In this document: positions 22,997 to 31,711 of the stretch, one piece after another
Numbering within the stretch: the stretch's first letter is position 1
How the letters are laid out: each line of letters begins with the position of its first letter
Assembly (NCBI GenBank): GCA_042571515.1
Contig: JBHPHX010000003.1
Span: 1 to 42,708, forward strand
DNA: 42,708 nt
Direction of reading: 5' to 3'
DNA from: Patescibacteria group bacterium
GTDB taxonomy: Bacteria > Patescibacteriota > WWE3 > UBA101185 > UBA10185
Made by a program: the position numbers and the translations under genes
The notes under the pieces: generated by a model
Seen by the model: the letters and a program-made list of their open reading frames with translations, nothing else
Databases searched by the model: none
Told to the model about the DNA's origin: nothing

Positions 22997-24569
22997 TAAA
23001 ACACACCTATACCAAATACTTTTTTGCCTATTTCTGTTTCTGCTTCTTCTTCCTATATCGTCAGAGATTAACTTTATGCAAAATGATGATTGGATACATT
23101 ACAAGCAGGTTAGGTCATTTATGCAGGGTGATTTCAAACTGGACCCATATTTTGGACCAACATTTTACACCCAAGGTTTGATTGGAGTTTCTTTTGCTAA
23201 GATTTTTTCTGTTGAGAAACTGCCAATTTTAACACTTGTCATCTCGATATCTACTTTATTCGTGTTTCTTGAGATTTTAACAAAATACTTCGATAAATCT
23301 ATTGAGGAATCTGTTTTTCTGGGGCTGCTTATGTTTTTTAACCCTATATACCTTTACTCTATTTGGGGGTTTATGACCGAGGCATACTTTTTATTTTTTC
23401 TTATTCTCTCCTTCTACCTATTTTTGAAATTTAATTCAAAAAAAACTCCCAAAAACTTCAGCATCTTATACCTGTTTTTGTGGATTTCGTTATTTCTAAA
23501 GCAAATAACTTTGGTTTTTCCATTATCTTTGGCTGTTTATTACCTTATTAACAGAAAGTTCAAACTTTTTATATCCAACGTCGTTATGTTTCTAGCCATG
23601 CTTGTGTTTTATATGCTCTACTTTCCTCAGACAGCGGCCATGGTCAATAAAAGCTTTGCCCTTAACCACTTACTTGAGCCCCAGTACACCTTTTCCTTAA
23701 TTTGGGGCGTGCTTATTTTGTTGACTGCCCTACTTTTTCCCTTACTTCTAACGATATTTAGTAAAAAACAACTATTATCAAATAAATATAAGTTATTGGC
23801 ATTTATAGGTCTTAGTGTCGTTTTATTTTTAATTCTAAACGCAAATTTTCGCCCTCATGGGGTATTTAAAGGTGAGTTCCCATACTTTGGAAATGTTTTC
23901 GAGCGTACAGGGTTATATCCGAGCGGTATTCATGGTACAAAATACCAGTTTAAAGGCAATTACGATCTCTATAAATTCTGGGATTTGGGTGCAAAAGTCT
24001 TGCTTACGCTTCTTGTTTCATATTGGACGGTATTTATTAGGAAATTTAATAATTTTTTTCTAATTTTTTCTATTATCTATCTGGGAACAATGGTTACAAC
24101 ATTTGTTTTTTACGATAGATATATCTTATTACTACTACCGGCAGTAATTATCTATTTTGCTCATATATCAAAAATAAACTTGTATTTCAGAACTATATTG
24201 ATAACGTTCACACTTTTTTTAGGATTTTATGGCTATCAATTTACAATGGATTTTATTCTAGCGAATAGCTATGTTTGGGAAAGATCTGTCCAGCTTGTAG
24301 AAAATGAGGGTGTTGTACCCAAAAGAATTCATGGGACCAATGCCTGGAAACTAAAACATAGAAACTTGGAAAAAGACTATTTATATACTTTTTCGTACGA
24401 TAATCAGAAAATAAACGAGGAACTTGCTTGTTGTTATGATTTGATTGATTCGCATGAGATTCGGTATCCATTTAGCCTTTTTATCAAGCCAAAAATATAT
24501 TTATATAAAATGATCAAAGATCCAAAGGTATTTCTTGTGGATACACCCGATTATCAATATAAAAACTAA
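22980..24569 (+). CDS. Polytopic GT-C-like membrane protein
   Basis: 529 aa with about 12 hydrophobic helices and a soluble C-terminal ~95 aa. Overlaps the upstream gene by 17 nt. Confidence 0.65.
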   Translation: MKFQINKTHLYQILFCLFLFLLLLPISSEINFMQNDDWIHYKQVRSFMQGDFKLDPYFGPTFYTQGLIGVSFAKIFSVEKLPILTLVISISTLFVFLEILTKYFDKSIEESVFLGLLMFFNPIYLYSIWGFMTEAYFLFFLILSFYLFLKFNSKKTPKNFSILYLFLWISLFLKQITLVFPLSLAVYYLINRKFKLFISNVVMFLAMLVFYMLYFPQTAAMVNKSFALNHLLEPQYTFSLIWGVLILLTALLFPLLLTIFSKKQLLSNKYKLLAFIGLSVVLFLILNANFRPHGVFKGEFPYFGNVFERTGLYPSGIHGTKYQFKGNYDLYKFWDLGAKVLLTLLVSYWTVFIRKFNNFFLIFSIIYLGTMVTTFVFYDRYILLLLPAVIIYFAHISKINLYFRTILITFTLFLGFYGYQFTMDFILANSYVWERSVQLVENEGVVPKRIHGTNAWKLKHRNLEKDYLYTFSYDNQKINEELACCYDLIDSHEIRYPFSLFIKPKIYLYKMIKDPKVFLVDTPDYQYKN

Positions 24570-24581
24570 ACGGAAATTTGA

Positions 24582-24974
24582 TTTCTACTTCTTCAACCTG
24601 TTATATACCTTACCTCATTTTCAAAACCTAGCAAAGCCTTAGTTGGGGTCTTTATCATATTTCTTGGGTTTTCTGGATACCAACTATCCATGGATTTTAT
24701 ATCAACAAATAAATATGTATGGAAAAGATCGCAGGAATTAGTTGCATTTGATATGGTAGCACCAGAGCAAATTCATGGAAGTAATGCGTGGAAGCTAAAT
24801 AACAAAAACCTCAGCAGGGATTACCTATACAATTTTTCTTACGATACTCCAGAAATGAACGAGGGGTTTGCGCAACATTACAAATTGATTGAAATCCACG
24901 AAACCAAATACCCGCTCAACATCTTCATCAAACCAAATATTTATTTGTACGAGAAAGTAGAGCCACTAAATTAG
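24582..24974 (+). pseudogene. Duplicated C-terminal fragment of the preceding GT-C-like gene
   Basis: The in-frame stretch from 24582 (...LVGVFIIFLGFSGYQLSMDFISTNKYVWKRS...) parallels ...ITFTLFLGFYGYQFTMDFILANSYVWERS... of 22980..24569, about half identical by eye. Only the last 94 codons follow an ATG (24690). Confidence 0.6.
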
Positions 24975-25222
24975 TTCTCTTCTCTAGGTCTAGCTTCAGA
25001 AACTTTTAGATTTCTGCCGTCTATTTCTTTTCCTTCCATTCCAGCCATGGCAGCATCAGCAGCCTCATCTTCTAATTCAACAAAGCCAAAACCTTTACTC
25101 CTACCGCTATACTTATCAGTAATAACGATGGCAGATAGAACTTCACCAAACTCGGTGAATAATTCAGAAAGTTGTTCACTAGTAACACTATAAGGGAGAT
25201 TCCCTACGTATAATTTTTTCAC
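24971..25222 (-). CDS. RRM-type RNA-binding protein
   Basis: RNP-2 LYVGNL and RNP-1 KGFGFVE motifs. 83 aa. GTG start with AAGGTGG upstream. Confidence 0.85.
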   Translation of the reverse strand: MKKLYVGNLPYSVTSEQLSELFTEFGEVLSAIVITDKYSGRSKGFGFVELEDEAADAAMAGMEGKEIDGRNLKVSEARPREEN

Positions 25223-25354
25223 TTATTAATCACACCACCTTTCATATGGTAACTATTGTCTCTTTAATGAAGGGCGTGTAATTAACGGTACAAGCTGACA
25301 TTAAAGATTTACCAGGACATTGTAACACTTTGGAAATTTTCTTCAATACTCTTT

Positions 25355-26428
25355 TTAGAGCCTAAAAACCTTAACAATTAACCTTGAAAACAGATCCTCA
25401 CCCTTCTTGGCATGAATTCTAGCGGGGATTATTACATCTAGTACTAACCCCATTGAGCTTGCTACTACCATGGCAAACAGCTTTAGCCTTGGGAAAAACA
25501 AGAAAACTATGATCAAAACTGTAGTAAAAGTGATAAATTTAACCAAGTCGTCCTTGGTATCTGCAAAACTTTTTCTAACTGAGTTTTTGATGTGATTTAC
25601 CCTTGAATCTTCGGTATGTGTTTGATTAAAATAGGAAATTGCTCCAACCACAACCCTAATTACATTTCTTAAGATTTCTATACTTATTGCAATAGTAACG
25701 AGTAAAACGGTAACGTCAGCTTGGTGTGTAACGTCGGCGCCTCGCAACATGAGGTCCACGCTACCCAGGTGCGCACGAATTGGCACGTTTAAATGTTTGG
25801 GCAGGAAAAATAGATTAGTTGAATCCATAGTTAGGAAGAAAATAAAAACTATAATTTCAAATGAGTCTGCAAAATATCTCTTGAATTTAGCCCTGCATTG
25901 ACCTTTCCATGAATCGTCAGGCCTTTTGTTGTCCAGTGGAATATTTAACACAGCTACAACAACCATCATTACTGCTGTTAAAATAACAGTCATAATCGTA
26001 ACATCGTTTTCCTTACCCACATTTTTGTATAAAAGCAAAATTCCAAAGTAAATTAAAAAGGACAAACCGCTAGCTATTACAGGCATTATAAATAATATAA
26101 AATCCTTTAATAACAACACAAAGGAGGCGTACAGTTTCTTAATGAGCTCAACTGCATCAATGATTGTTAAGGACCCCTCAAGCATGACGTCTAAAAATTT
26201 GCTCACTTCTTCCCTAAGACCAATTACAACCAAAAATCCAAGTACGAGGAACACGGTAACAATTAATATTAGGAAAATCCATAAAAAGTTAATAACTACA
26301 AAAAACGCAGTTGGAAAAACTAAAGCCAGAAAACCCAAAAATACACCAATTCCAAACAGTATAGCCAAAATGTTAAACGCTCCTTTATTTACTTTTTCTG
26401 GGTTTTTTATACCCCCTAGTATACTCAT
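25355..26428 (-). CDS. Hypothetical polytopic membrane protein (357 aa)
   Basis: Multiple hydrophobic helices. Starts 2 nt after the map stop (same operon). Confidence 0.6.
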   Translation of the reverse strand: MSILGGIKNPEKVNKGAFNILAILFGIGVFLGFLALVFPTAFFVVINFLWIFLILIVTVFLVLGFLVVIGLREEVSKFLDVMLEGSLTIIDAVELIKKLYASFVLLLKDFILFIMPVIASGLSFLIYFGILLLYKNVGKENDVTIMTVILTAVMMVVVAVLNIPLDNKRPDDSWKGQCRAKFKRYFADSFEIIVFIFFLTMDSTNLFFLPKHLNVPIRAHLGSVDLMLRGADVTHQADVTVLLVTIAISIEILRNVIRVVVGAISYFNQTHTEDSRVNHIKNSVRKSFADTKDDLVKFITFTTVLIIVFLFFPRLKLFAMVVASSMGLVLDVIIPARIHAKKGEDLFSRLIVKVFRL

Positions 26429-26430
26429 CG

Positions 26431-27198
26431 TTATAGCCTTGTTAGTACCTCATGGCCAATTTCAGTAACCAGAACGGTGTGCTCAATCTGGGCAAAGTCA
26501 CCTCCGTCCACTGTTCTAGTTTCCCAGCCGTCATTATACTTTAACCTGCTGTTTTTTTCACAAATAAGTGGTTCAATTGCAATAGTCATGCCAGGTTTTA
26601 GTTTAACCCCAGAATTTTTCTTACCATAACAAGGTATGTCGGGCCCTTCGTGTATCATTCTCCCTATTCCGTGGCCAGCATAGTCTGTTAGAACAGAATA
26701 ACCAGCGTTTCCGACTATCTTTTCAATTGTATTTGAAATAACGCCGGTTTTTATTCCAGGTTTTACTTTACTAATTGCTTGGTCTAACGCTAACTGTGTA
26801 GTATCTATTAATCTTTTTCTACTTTCCGAAATTTCTCCTACACCAAGAGTAATTGCTGAGTCAATATATGTGTTTTCATATCCCACTATCGTATCCAGCT
26901 TAAGCAAGTCTCCTTCATTTAGAATTTCTCCCTCTCTTACATAGCAGTGAACTGACTGATCATTAATCCCAAGACACAATCCTGTTGGAAAGGGTGCTAA
27001 TCCTACGGGAGCGTAGCCCTTACAGGAAGGTTCTAGATTGTTATCTTGGCAGAAGCTAATAAATAGCTTTTCTAATTCCCATGCCTCTAAGCCGGGTTTT
27101 ACCGCGGATCTAAGCACATTAAATGCCTCAGCCAAAAACCTGCCAGCCTTACGCATACTTTCTATCTCAGTATCAGTTTTGATTATAATGTCTTTCAC
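26431..27198 (-). CDS. map: Methionine aminopeptidase, type I
   Basis: 255 aa. YAGHGIGRMIHEGPDIPCYG, the metal-ligand context D..D..H..E..E, and TIAIEP/QIEHTVLVT are typical of MetAP-I. GTG start 6 nt after a TATAAT box. Confidence 0.9.
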   Translation of the reverse strand: MKDIIIKTDTEIESMRKAGRFLAEAFNVLRSAVKPGLEAWELEKLFISFCQDNNLEPSCKGYAPVGLAPFPTGLCLGINDQSVHCYVREGEILNEGDLLKLDTIVGYENTYIDSAITLGVGEISESRKRLIDTTQLALDQAISKVKPGIKTGVISNTIEKIVGNAGYSVLTDYAGHGIGRMIHEGPDIPCYGKKNSGVKLKPGMTIAIEPLICEKNSRLKYNDGWETRTVDGGDFAQIEHTVLVTEIGHEVLTRL

Positions 27199-27204
27199 CC
27201 AGCA

Positions 27205-27221
27205 ATTATATCAGCTATAAT
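27205..27221. promoter_or_regulatory. Back-to-back -10 boxes for divergent leaderless-type transcripts
   Basis: The intergenic region is 29 nt. Minus-strand TATAAT (27205..27210) lies 6 nt before GTG 27198. Plus-strand TATAAT (27216..27221) lies 6 nt before ATG 27228. No SD sequence on either side. Confidence 0.55.
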
Positions 27222-27227
27222 CTTAAT

Positions 27228-27926
27228 ATGAATAAACTTATTAATATAATAAAATCCAAAATTATTGTCTATAAAATTCCTATAATCGCTGTTTTAATAT
27301 ATTTTGCAGCTCTCTCAATTTTTGGAAAACCCAGACAAATTACTGTACTGGGAACACATACTGATATTCGTTCAAATGAGATTGCATCCTTTAATATAAC
27401 GGTCAGTACTGAGGATGAGGATAAGGATTACGTATCTAGACAAACAGAAATAAAATCAAAAGATATTACAGATGCAGCCAGGGAATTTGGAATTGACCCA
27501 ATGGAAGTAAAAACCACTAACTTTAGTTTATATGATTTGGAGGATAGAGATGGTAAGAAATATTGGGTAGCGTCCAACAGTATACAGATTAAGCTAAGAG
27601 ATATAGGTAGAATTGAGGAATTTGTCAACCTTATGTCTAGTATCACAGACGCCGAAATGTATGGGCCAAACTTTTCAGTTGACCAAGAGGTTTTAGATGA
27701 AGGTATGTTAATTTCCAAGGCTGTAGAAGACGCAAGAGGAAAAGCTGAATTTGTTGCAAAATCTACTGGAAGTAGATTAGGTAAAATTTTGGATATTAAT
27801 GAGTCACCAAATAGTGTTCTCTATCCCAGATATGGAGGATTAGGAGATGCTGGTGGGGGAATAGGAATTGCCCCAGGCTCTACTCCTGTCATAAGGTCGG
27901 TAATTGTTACATTTGAGCTTAAATGA
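27228..27926 (+). CDS. SIMPL/DUF541-domain protein
   Basis: 232 aa. N-terminal anchor. Organisation and AVEDARGKAEFVAKSTGSRLGKIL segment resemble the 26-kDa periplasmic immunogenic protein family. Confidence 0.65.
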   Translation: MNKLINIIKSKIIVYKIPIIAVLIYFAALSIFGKPRQITVLGTHTDIRSNEIASFNITVSTEDEDKDYVSRQTEIKSKDITDAAREFGIDPMEVKTTNFSLYDLEDRDGKKYWVASNSIQIKLRDIGRIEEFVNLMSSITDAEMYGPNFSVDQEVLDEGMLISKAVEDARGKAEFVAKSTGSRLGKILDINESPNSVLYPRYGGLGDAGGGIGIAPGSTPVIRSVIVTFELK

Positions 27927-28642
27927 ATATTGACGAAACTGTAAAAGTTCTTACGGACAGAACCAATGAGCTGAAAAGTGTTCAGAAAAAACTCCTTAAG
28001 GAGTTGAAAGAGAAACACAAAGAGGTCTATGAGTGGTTACAGGAAAATAACATAGACCTAAATGAGTTAGGCGTTTATGTAAAGCAGATTGCTGCTGCAC
28101 TGGTGATTACTATAAGTTTGATTTCCACTCCCGCGTCTTTAGAAAAAAGAATGCAGTTAGATGCAGCTCGGCATTTCACACACATTAGGGAACGGGATTT
28201 TAGCTACCTACCAGAGATTGAAAAAAAAGCCATACTAACATGGCAAAATTATGGAAATCACATAATAGATTCGTCTCAGAAATATGATGTGGAACCTGAG
28301 CTCATCTTCGCCACTATTATGGTTGAGTCTGTGGGAAATCCCAAAGCTACAAGGTATGAACCCTCTTTGGGCGAGTCTAGTTGGGGGCTTGGACAGCTTT
28401 TATATAGTACTGCAAGGTGGATAGGTTTTGAAGGAACAACCAAAGAGTTAGTAGACCCGGCAGTAAATATAGACCTTATTGCAAGGTATCATCGAAGAAA
28501 TTTGGATGCCTTTGGTAAACTTTCAGCAGAAGAGTTAGCAACAGCATATAATTCAGGGTCTCCATATAGAGGTGCAATATATGGACACGTGGATAAGTTT
28601 ATGAATTGGTATAACAAAGCAGAAAATTACATGGTAACTTAA
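27923..28642 (+). CDS. Lytic transglycosylase (SLT domain) with N-terminal anchor
   Basis: IMVESVGNPKATRY...SSWGLGQLLYSTA...AYNSG matches the SLT catalytic Glu, GLMQ-like and AYNxG motifs. Confidence 0.75.
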   Translation: MNIDETVKVLTDRTNELKSVQKKLLKELKEKHKEVYEWLQENNIDLNELGVYVKQIAAALVITISLISTPASLEKRMQLDAARHFTHIRERDFSYLPEIEKKAILTWQNYGNHIIDSSQKYDVEPELIFATIMVESVGNPKATRYEPSLGESSWGLGQLLYSTARWIGFEGTTKELVDPAVNIDLIARYHRRNLDAFGKLSAEELATAYNSGSPYRGAIYGHVDKFMNWYNKAENYMVT

Positions 28643-28646
28643 ACAT

Positions 28647-28829
28647 ATGGAAAAACCGAAAAACCAAGAACAAAATCAGCAAGAAAGATTAAAATCGGCT
28701 GAAAAAGCTTATCAAAACAAGCGTAAAAATACACATTCATTAACTGGTTTTATGGCTGTTTTAAATCGTGCGGAAAAGAGGGGATTAAATAAACTAGAAA
28801 TAACAAAAGGTATTTTTAAGAAGAAGTAA
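28647..28829 (+). CDS. Possible small basic protein (60 aa)
   Basis: K/R/Q-rich ORF with no clear RBS. Its 3' end overlaps the leuS stop by 14 nt (convergent). Confidence 0.3.
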   Translation: MEKPKNQEQNQQERLKSAEKAYQNKRKNTHSLTGFMAVLNRAEKRGLNKLEITKGIFKKK

Positions 28830-31227
28830 CAATATTTGCAATTTTCCCCGGAACATAGATAAATTTCTCAATAGTTTTATCAGAAATATATTTTTTAACA
28901 TTTGGATCTGCTAGGGACTTTTCCTTTATAGATTCCTCAGGTTCGTTTGTTTTTGCTTCAATTTCCCCCCTAACCTTGCCGTTTACTTGAATTGCTATGG
29001 TTAGAATGTCATCTTTTGCTAAAATTTCATTAAATTTGGGCCAAGATTGTAGATGAACGCTATTTTCATTTTTCCATCTTTTAAAACCGTTTAATTTCTG
29101 CCAGACTTCTTCTGCAACAAAGGGTGCGTATGGCGCTACCACTTTGACAAACCCCATGTAAATATCCTCATCTATATAGTCTTTGGTTTTAATTACATTT
29201 ATAAACTTCATAAACTCTGCTACAGCAGTGTTCATTTTGAGTTTCTCATTCATTGAGGTTATTTTTTTAAGCATTTTGTGATAGGCCTTGGTAACTTCAA
29301 TGTCCTCCACATCCTTTTTTACTTTTTCACTTAACTCAAAAATATTTCTTACAAATCTAAAACACGCTTTAATTCCATTGTCATTCCAAGGATACGTATC
29401 TTCATAGGGTCCAATAAAGGCTAAATATACTCGTGTTGCGTCCGCCCCATAGCTTTCTATTACGTCTTTTGGATCAACTACAAATTCCGGACGAGATTTG
29501 GACATCTTCTTATTGTCTGCACCCAAAAGTATCCCCCCACTCATCCGCCACTTTATGGGTTCTTTAACTGGTAAGTAACCTTCGTCGTATAAAAATCTGC
29601 ACCAGAATCTTGTGTAAAGCAGATGTGCAGTGGTATGTCCCGCATCACCAAAATATTTATCAACCGGTAACCAATATTTTAGTTTTTCTTGATCGGCAAA
29701 TTCTTTGTCATTACCTGGATCAATATAGCGTAAGTAGTACCAATTGGAACCGGCCCAAGTTGGCATGGTGTCAGTTTCTCGTTTTGCTGGCGAACCGTCT
29801 TTGGCTTTCGTGGTGTACCATTTGGACATTTTTTCTAAGGGGGCTTTTCCGTTTTCCGGAAGAAAATTTTCTAGTTTGGGTAATTCCACGGGTAAATCAT
29901 AATCAGCTTCTATTGTTCCATCTTCCTTATAAATTAGGGGGATGGGGTCGCCCCAGTATCTTTGCCTGGACCAAATTTGATCCCTCATCCTGTAAGTTGT
30001 GGTTTTTTCACCCCAACCTTTTTCTTCCAAATATTGTGTTATTTTCTCTATAGCATCTTTGGTTTCCAACCCATTTAGAAATTCCGAATTAACCGCAATT
30101 CCACTTTCCTCATATGGTAAATCTTCTTCCGATTCCACAACTCTAATAATTTCCAAATCAAACTTGGTAGCGAATTCAAAATCGCGTTTGTCGTGTCCTG
30201 GAACACCAACCACTGCACCTGTCCCATATCCCTCTAAAACAAAATCTGCCACCCAAATAGGCATTTTCTTTTCAGTTAACCTATTTACTGCATAAAAACC
30301 GGTAAAAACCCCGGTTTTCTCTCCTTTTTCTTCTAGTCTTTCTAGCTCAGACTTAGAAATTGCAGATTCCACGTACTTCTTAACTTTCTCATCCTCAATT
30401 TTTTGTACAAATGGGTGTTCTGGTGCCAAAACTATGAATGTAGCGCCAAAATTAGTGTCTGGACGCGTGGTGAAACAACATATCTCTTCATCTGTGTCCT
30501 CAACGGGGTAGGATATATTTACTCCTTCTTTTTTACCCACCCAATTCCTTTGGCTTTCTTTTACAGATTCGGTGTAATCAACCTCATCTAGCCCATCTAG
30601 TAATTTGTCAGCATATTCAGTTATTTTTAAAACCCACTGTTTTAAAGTTTTTCTATATACAGGGTACCCATCTCTTTCAGATTTTTTGCCTGTGGGGCTA
30701 CTAGGGTCTGGGAGTACCTCTTCGTCTGCTAACACGCCAAGCTCTTTACACCACCACACTGGCATCTCTTTTTGTGTCACCAAACCCTTTTCCCACATTT
30801 TAATAAACGCCCATTGCGTCCATTTATAAAATTCAGGTTCTGCTGTGTTTATTTCACGGTTCCAGTCTATGGCATAGCCCATATCCTGCATGGATTTCCT
30901 AAAGTTTGGGGTAGCCTCCTTTATTACTTGTTGGGGAGTTCTATTAGTTTTTATTGCGTTGGTTTCGGCAGGTAACCCAAAGCTATCCCATCCCATTGGA
31001 AATAGTACGTTGTAACCCTGCATTCTCAGAAATCGTGAATATATCTCTGGCACGGTGTAGCGCATCATGTGCCCAACGTGTAAATAATCTCCGGATGGAT
31101 AGGGGAGTTCGGCTAAAATGTATTTTTTGGGTTTGTCAGAAAAATCTATGCCTTCATAAATGTTGTTGCCAAACCACTTGGATTTCCATTTTTTTTCAAT
31201 TGTTTTGTGATTGTATGTTTTGGCCAT
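28816..31227 (-). CDS. leuS: Leucine--tRNA ligase (bacterial type)
   Basis: HIGH-type motif YLHVGHMMRY, KMSKS motif KKMSKSRPE, and CP1/editing-region conservation. Start set at MAKTYNHKTIEKKW (31227). The 11-codon upstream extension in the track looks non-native. Confidence 0.93.
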   Translation of the reverse strand: MAKTYNHKTIEKKWKSKWFGNNIYEGIDFSDKPKKYILAELPYPSGDYLHVGHMMRYTVPEIYSRFLRMQGYNVLFPMGWDSFGLPAETNAIKTNRTPQQVIKEATPNFRKSMQDMGYAIDWNREINTAEPEFYKWTQWAFIKMWEKGLVTQKEMPVWWCKELGVLADEEVLPDPSSPTGKKSERDGYPVYRKTLKQWVLKITEYADKLLDGLDEVDYTESVKESQRNWVGKKEGVNISYPVEDTDEEICCFTTRPDTNFGATFIVLAPEHPFVQKIEDEKVKKYVESAISKSELERLEEKGEKTGVFTGFYAVNRLTEKKMPIWVADFVLEGYGTGAVVGVPGHDKRDFEFATKFDLEIIRVVESEEDLPYEESGIAVNSEFLNGLETKDAIEKITQYLEEKGWGEKTTTYRMRDQIWSRQRYWGDPIPLIYKEDGTIEADYDLPVELPKLENFLPENGKAPLEKMSKWYTTKAKDGSPAKRETDTMPTWAGSNWYYLRYIDPGNDKEFADQEKLKYWLPVDKYFGDAGHTTAHLLYTRFWCRFLYDEGYLPVKEPIKWRMSGGILLGADNKKMSKSRPEFVVDPKDVIESYGADATRVYLAFIGPYEDTYPWNDNGIKACFRFVRNIFELSEKVKKDVEDIEVTKAYHKMLKKITSMNEKLKMNTAVAEFMKFINVIKTKDYIDEDIYMGFVKVVAPYAPFVAEEVWQKLNGFKRWKNENSVHLQSWPKFNEILAKDDILTIAIQVNGKVRGEIEAKTNEPEESIKEKSLADPNVKKYISDKTIEKFIYVPGKIANIVTSS

Positions 31228-31271
31228 AGTTATTGAAAATATAACATAATTGTAATACACTCCACTATGTT

Positions 31272-31445
31272 ATGGCGAAAAAGGGAAATAGAGTTTTAAT
31301 AGGTCTTGAGTGTACCGAAACGGGTATGCGAACATATGTGTCTCAGAAAAACAAGGTTAATTCTACAGAAAAGCTTCAGTTAATGAAGTATAATCCTAGA
31401 CTTCGCAAGCATACTCTTCACAAAGAAGTTTCTAAGTTAAAATAA
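31272..31445 (+). CDS. rpmG: 50S ribosomal protein L33 (Cys-poor form)
   Basis: Not in the track (57 aa). MAKKGNRVLIGLECTETGMRTYVSQKNKVNSTEKLQLMKYNPRLRKHTLHKEVSKLK matches the L33 pattern (KNK.N..EKL.L.KY.P..RKHT.HKE.K). Confidence 0.85.
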   Translation: MAKKGNRVLIGLECTETGMRTYVSQKNKVNSTEKLQLMKYNPRLRKHTLHKEVSKLK

Positions 31446-31467
31446 AATTCTCTGATATACTTTACCC

Positions 31468-31644
31468 ATGTCTAAGGTGTTGGTGGTACTTACAGCTGTA
31501 ATGTTCATGTTTATGTTTTTGTTGATATTTAGTATTAACATAATTACCTTTAGGCACATCAAAAATAGCGTCAACCCATCAAACTATACTCCAACAGACT
31601 TCGGTGCTGTTGTTTTAGGCGTGTTTGACAAATTAGACGAGTAA
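31468..31644 (+). CDS. Possible small membrane protein (58 aa)
   Basis: Not in the track. MSKVLVVLTAVMFMFMFLLIFSINIITFRH... gives one TM helix. Lies directly downstream of rpmG. Confidence 0.35.
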   Translation: MSKVLVVLTAVMFMFMFLLIFSINIITFRHIKNSVNPSNYTPTDFGAVVLGVFDKLDE

Positions 31645-31675
31645 TCTCTATATATAGACAATTATCGATAGATTA

Positions 31676-31704
31676 TTGACATACTACAACATATAGGATT
31701 TAAT
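31676..31704 (+). promoter_or_regulatory. Sigma70 promoter TTGACA-17-TTTAAT (leaderless-type)
   Basis: The -10 box ends 7 nt before ATG 31712, with no SD sequence. Confidence 0.6.
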
Positions 31705-31711
31705 ACCACTC

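Noticed and set aside
29610-31229. Several plus-strand ORFs (62-147 aa) inside leuS, and similar antisense ORFs inside other long genes in the track
   Set aside because: All are antisense to genes with unambiguous family motifs and have no start signals. They are treated as shadow ORFs.
28816-31260. N-terminal extensions of track ORFs (leuS to 31260, rsmI from 32419, 37452 start, sulfotransferase to 4477, 16520, 18843, 14755, 10828)
   Set aside because: The extensions overlap promoters, neighbouring genes or repeats. Conserved N-termini and the -10 box or RBS positions favour the internal starts listed in the features.
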